Shown here: positions 30,691 through 32,357 of the stretch, one piece after another | Position numbering within the stretch: the first letter of the stretch is position 1 | Layout: the number at the start of each line of letters is the position of its first letter | Assembly: GCA_003532195.1 (NCBI GenBank) | Contig: DOFA01000171.1 | Span: 1-32,357, forward strand | Length of the DNA: 32,357 nt | Direction of reading: 5' to 3' | From: Clostridiales bacterium | GTDB taxonomy: Bacteria > Bacillota > Clostridia > Saccharofermentanales > UBA5734 | Translations under genes and position numbers: made by a program | Notes under the pieces: model-generated | The model's input: only the letters and a program-made list of their open reading frames with translations | The model's database searches: none | Told to the model about the DNA's origin: nothing

Positions 30691-30719
30691 TTTACCGAAT
30701 CCTTGCATTTGTTTATAAT
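30691..30719 (+). promoter_or_regulatory. Candidate promoter of the homocysteine methyltransferase gene
   Basis: -35 TTTACC (30691-30696), a 17-nt spacer, and a perfect -10 TATAAT (30714-30719). The -10 lies 23 nt upstream of ATG 30743. Confidence 0.4.
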
Positions 30720-30742
30720 TGATTTAAAAAGAGGGAAGACCG

Positions 30743-31636
30743 ATGACGAGAAAAATGACTGAATGGGTTCATAAGGGCAAAATCCTGGTTTCTGACGGGG
30801 CATGGGGGACTTTCCTCTACCAGAAAGGCTTGAAAGCCGGCGACTGCCCGGAATTATGGTGCCTGGAGCGGCCAGCCGATGTGCTGGACATTGCGCAAAG
30901 CTATATCAAGGCCGGCGCGGACATGATCGAAACAAACAGTTTCGGCGGCACCCGCTTTAAGCTGGAGCGGTACGGGCTGGCTGGAAGGGTCGCGGAAATC
31001 AACACGGCCGCAGCCCGGATTTCCCGCCAGGCAGCCGGAGCGGACCGCCTGGTGATCGCCTCGATCGGCCCGACCGGTAAACTCCTGATCACGGAAGAGG
31101 TGACCGAGCAAGAGTTGTACGACGCTTTCCGTGAGCAGGCTGTTGCCTTGGCCCAAGGCGGCGCCGACGCCCTGTGCATTGAGACCATGAGCGATCTGGA
31201 TGAAGCGGTGCTTGCCATACGTGCCGCGAAAGAAAATACGAATTGTGAAGTAATTTGTACTTTCACTTTCGAGCGAACGAAAAAAGGCGAATTTCGGACC
31301 ATGATGGGCATTTCACCAGCCGAAGCGGCCCAGGCCGCCCTGCGGGCCGGAGCGGACATCGTCGGTACCAATTGCGGCAACGGCATGGAACGGATGATCG
31401 AGATCGTTCGGGAAATACGCGCCGCATGCCCGGCGGCGCCGATCCTGGTTCACGCCAACGCCGGCTTGCCGCAAAATGTTGACGGGAAGGATGTTTATCC
31501 GGAAACGCCGGAAATGATGGCATCCTTCGTTCCCGAACTGATTCGCGCCGGCGCCGGAATAATCGGCGGCTGCTGCGGGTCGACACCGGCTCATATCAGG
31601 GCAATTAAAACGGCAGTCGACAGTTTCTGCAAATAA
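30743..31636 (+). CDS. Homocysteine S-methyltransferase-family protein (stand-alone MetH-N-terminal-type domain)
   Basis: 297-aa ORF with DGAWGT and IETNSFG. The zinc-ligand cysteines are in GTNCGNG and IIGGCCGSTP. Confidence 0.85.
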   Translation: MTRKMTEWVHKGKILVSDGAWGTFLYQKGLKAGDCPELWCLERPADVLDIAQSYIKAGADMIETNSFGGTRFKLERYGLAGRVAEINTAAARISRQAAGADRLVIASIGPTGKLLITEEVTEQELYDAFREQAVALAQGGADALCIETMSDLDEAVLAIRAAKENTNCEVICTFTFERTKKGEFRTMMGISPAEAAQAALRAGADIVGTNCGNGMERMIEIVREIRAACPAAPILVHANAGLPQNVDGKDVYPETPEMMASFVPELIRAGAGIIGGCCGSTPAHIRAIKTAVDSFCK

Positions 31637-31637
31637 A

Positions 31638-31675
31638 AACAGCCTCCCGGGCCCAAGGCGCCGCGGGAGGCTGTT
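31638..31675. terminator. Bidirectional terminator between the convergent methyltransferase and zinc-ribbon genes
   Basis: The 12-bp stem is aacagcctcccg / cgggaggctgtt. On the minus strand it is followed by TTTTATTT, and on the plus strand by TTCATTT. Confidence 0.7.
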
Positions 31676-31706
31676 CATTTACCCATATCTGGTGATCAGA
31701 ATGGAA

Positions 31707-31997
31707 TTACCGGTTCCGAGCCTGGTAGCATTCTTTGCAGTACACCGGTTTGCTGGTGTTCGGCTTGAAGGGAACCATAGTCTCTTTACCGCATTGGGCG
31801 CAGACGGCGGGGAACATTTCGCGGTCGGAACGGCCATTCCCCATCCCGGAGTTGCGGGACTGCTTCCGGGCTGCCCGGCAATCGGGGCAGCGCTGGGGTT
31901 CGTTATTATAGCCCTTTTCCCGGAAAAAATCTTGTTCTTGTTCCGTAAAGACGAAGGTAGCTTGGCAATCTTTACAGGTTAGTGTTTTGTCTGGCAT
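31707..31997 (-). CDS. Double zinc-ribbon protein (N-terminal CxxC...CxxC ribbon plus C-terminal CxxC-x17-CxxC domain)
   Basis: 96-aa ORF with the cysteine patterns CKDC...CPDC and CAQC-(17 aa)-CKEC. AGAGG lies about 10 nt upstream of ATG 31997. Confidence 0.8.
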   Translation of the reverse strand: MPDKTLTCKDCQATFVFTEQEQDFFREKGYNNEPQRCPDCRAARKQSRNSGMGNGRSDREMFPAVCAQCGKETMVPFKPNTSKPVYCKECYQARNR

Positions 31998-32199
31998 TTT
32001 TAATTACCTCTTTCGTGGGTGATTCCGGATAGTGCCGGAATTCCTGTTTGGTGCGTTTTGATGCAACACCTGTTGTTAATGGCTTCATCAACTCAGCTTG
32101 ATCTGGGTTTGGGATCGGAACCTGGCCGCGGGGCTGGCGATGGCAACCCCAGGCTGTCAACATCAGATCGTTGCTGACAAGCCCGACAGTCCGGCTCCG

Positions 32200-32284
32200 A
32201 TAAACAATAAACCCCTGCAGGCCGATAGCCTCAGGGGTTCGTGGCCGCGGCAGCAGGTGTTACCTGATGCCAATGTATCAGGAC
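32200..32284 (-). ncRNA. Candidate ~85-nt small RNA or terminated leader
   Basis: A promoter lies at 32291-32319 on the minus strand. Next comes a 5' hairpin cctgat-n8-atcagg (32263-32282). A 10-bp GC-rich hairpin with one bulge, cccctgaggc-tatcg-gcctgcagggg (32212-32237), is followed by TTTATTGTTTAT. No ORF or SD lies inside. Confidence 0.35.
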
Positions 32285-32290
32285 TTACTC

Positions 32291-32319
32291 AGCATAGCAT
32301 TTTTAAGGAACAAATGCAA
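32291..32319 (-). promoter_or_regulatory. Candidate promoter for the small RNA / zinc-ribbon leader
   Basis: The minus strand reads -35 TTGCAT (32319-32314), a 17-nt spacer, and -10 TATGCT (32296-32291). Confidence 0.4.
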
Positions 32320-32357
32320 GGATTGCGCCAAATTGAGCCAATTGCGCTGCGCGCATT

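Noticed and set aside
31972-32163. 63-aa minus-strand ORF in the zinc-ribbon leader
   Set aside because: It has no SD and overlaps the zinc-ribbon start in another frame. Its composition is Pro/Gln/Thr-rich and featureless.

Overview
This is a gene-dense 32.4-kb chromosomal segment of mid-50s % GC by eye, with 24 supported CDS. The strong AGGAGG-type Shine-Dalgarno sites and the gene content (CD3324-family regulator, KamA-family enzyme, HD-GYP regulator) point to a Clostridia- or Negativicutes-like Firmicute. I found no rRNA, tRNA, CRISPR array, transposase, integrase or phage genes. Gene order, left to right: a secreted S8 subtilase and a DUF4332 protein; a two-gene operon of a Ddl-like ATP-grasp ligase and a KamA-family radical-SAM aminomutase; a HEAT-repeat protein; a second secreted S8 subtilase; a lone NRPS module (C-A-T-TE); a 7TM sensor histidine kinase starting 15 nt after the NRPS stop; and a REC-GAF-HD-GYP regulator. 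Then come a convergent GH38 alpha-mannosidase plus MsbA-like ABC exporter; a DMT transporter; a GT4 glycosyltransferase fused to a PlsC-type acyltransferase, whose frame is interrupted by an in-frame TAA; a CD3324/Mor-like small regulator behind a long terminator-containing leader; and an SDR plus TrmH methyltransferase. The right end holds a LacI regulator divergent from an aminotransferase / hydroxypyruvate-isomerase-like / Gfo-Idh-MocA / class-I xylose-isomerase-like operon, a stand-alone homocysteine S-methyltransferase, a double zinc-ribbon protein, and a promoter-plus-terminator unit that looks like a small RNA. The best candidate for an undescribed system is the NRPS-kinase-regulator block at 6.8-14.4 kb. 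Its adenylation pocket reads the canonical threonine code, and its thioesterase has Cys in place of the nucleophilic Ser, as in the beta-lactone-forming ObiF1. The gene appears co-transcribed with a membrane-embedded sensor kinase whose partner regulator should degrade c-di-GMP. The ATP-grasp plus lysine-2,3-aminomutase-like pair is a second candidate. All functional calls rest on motif reading by eye. No database search was run.
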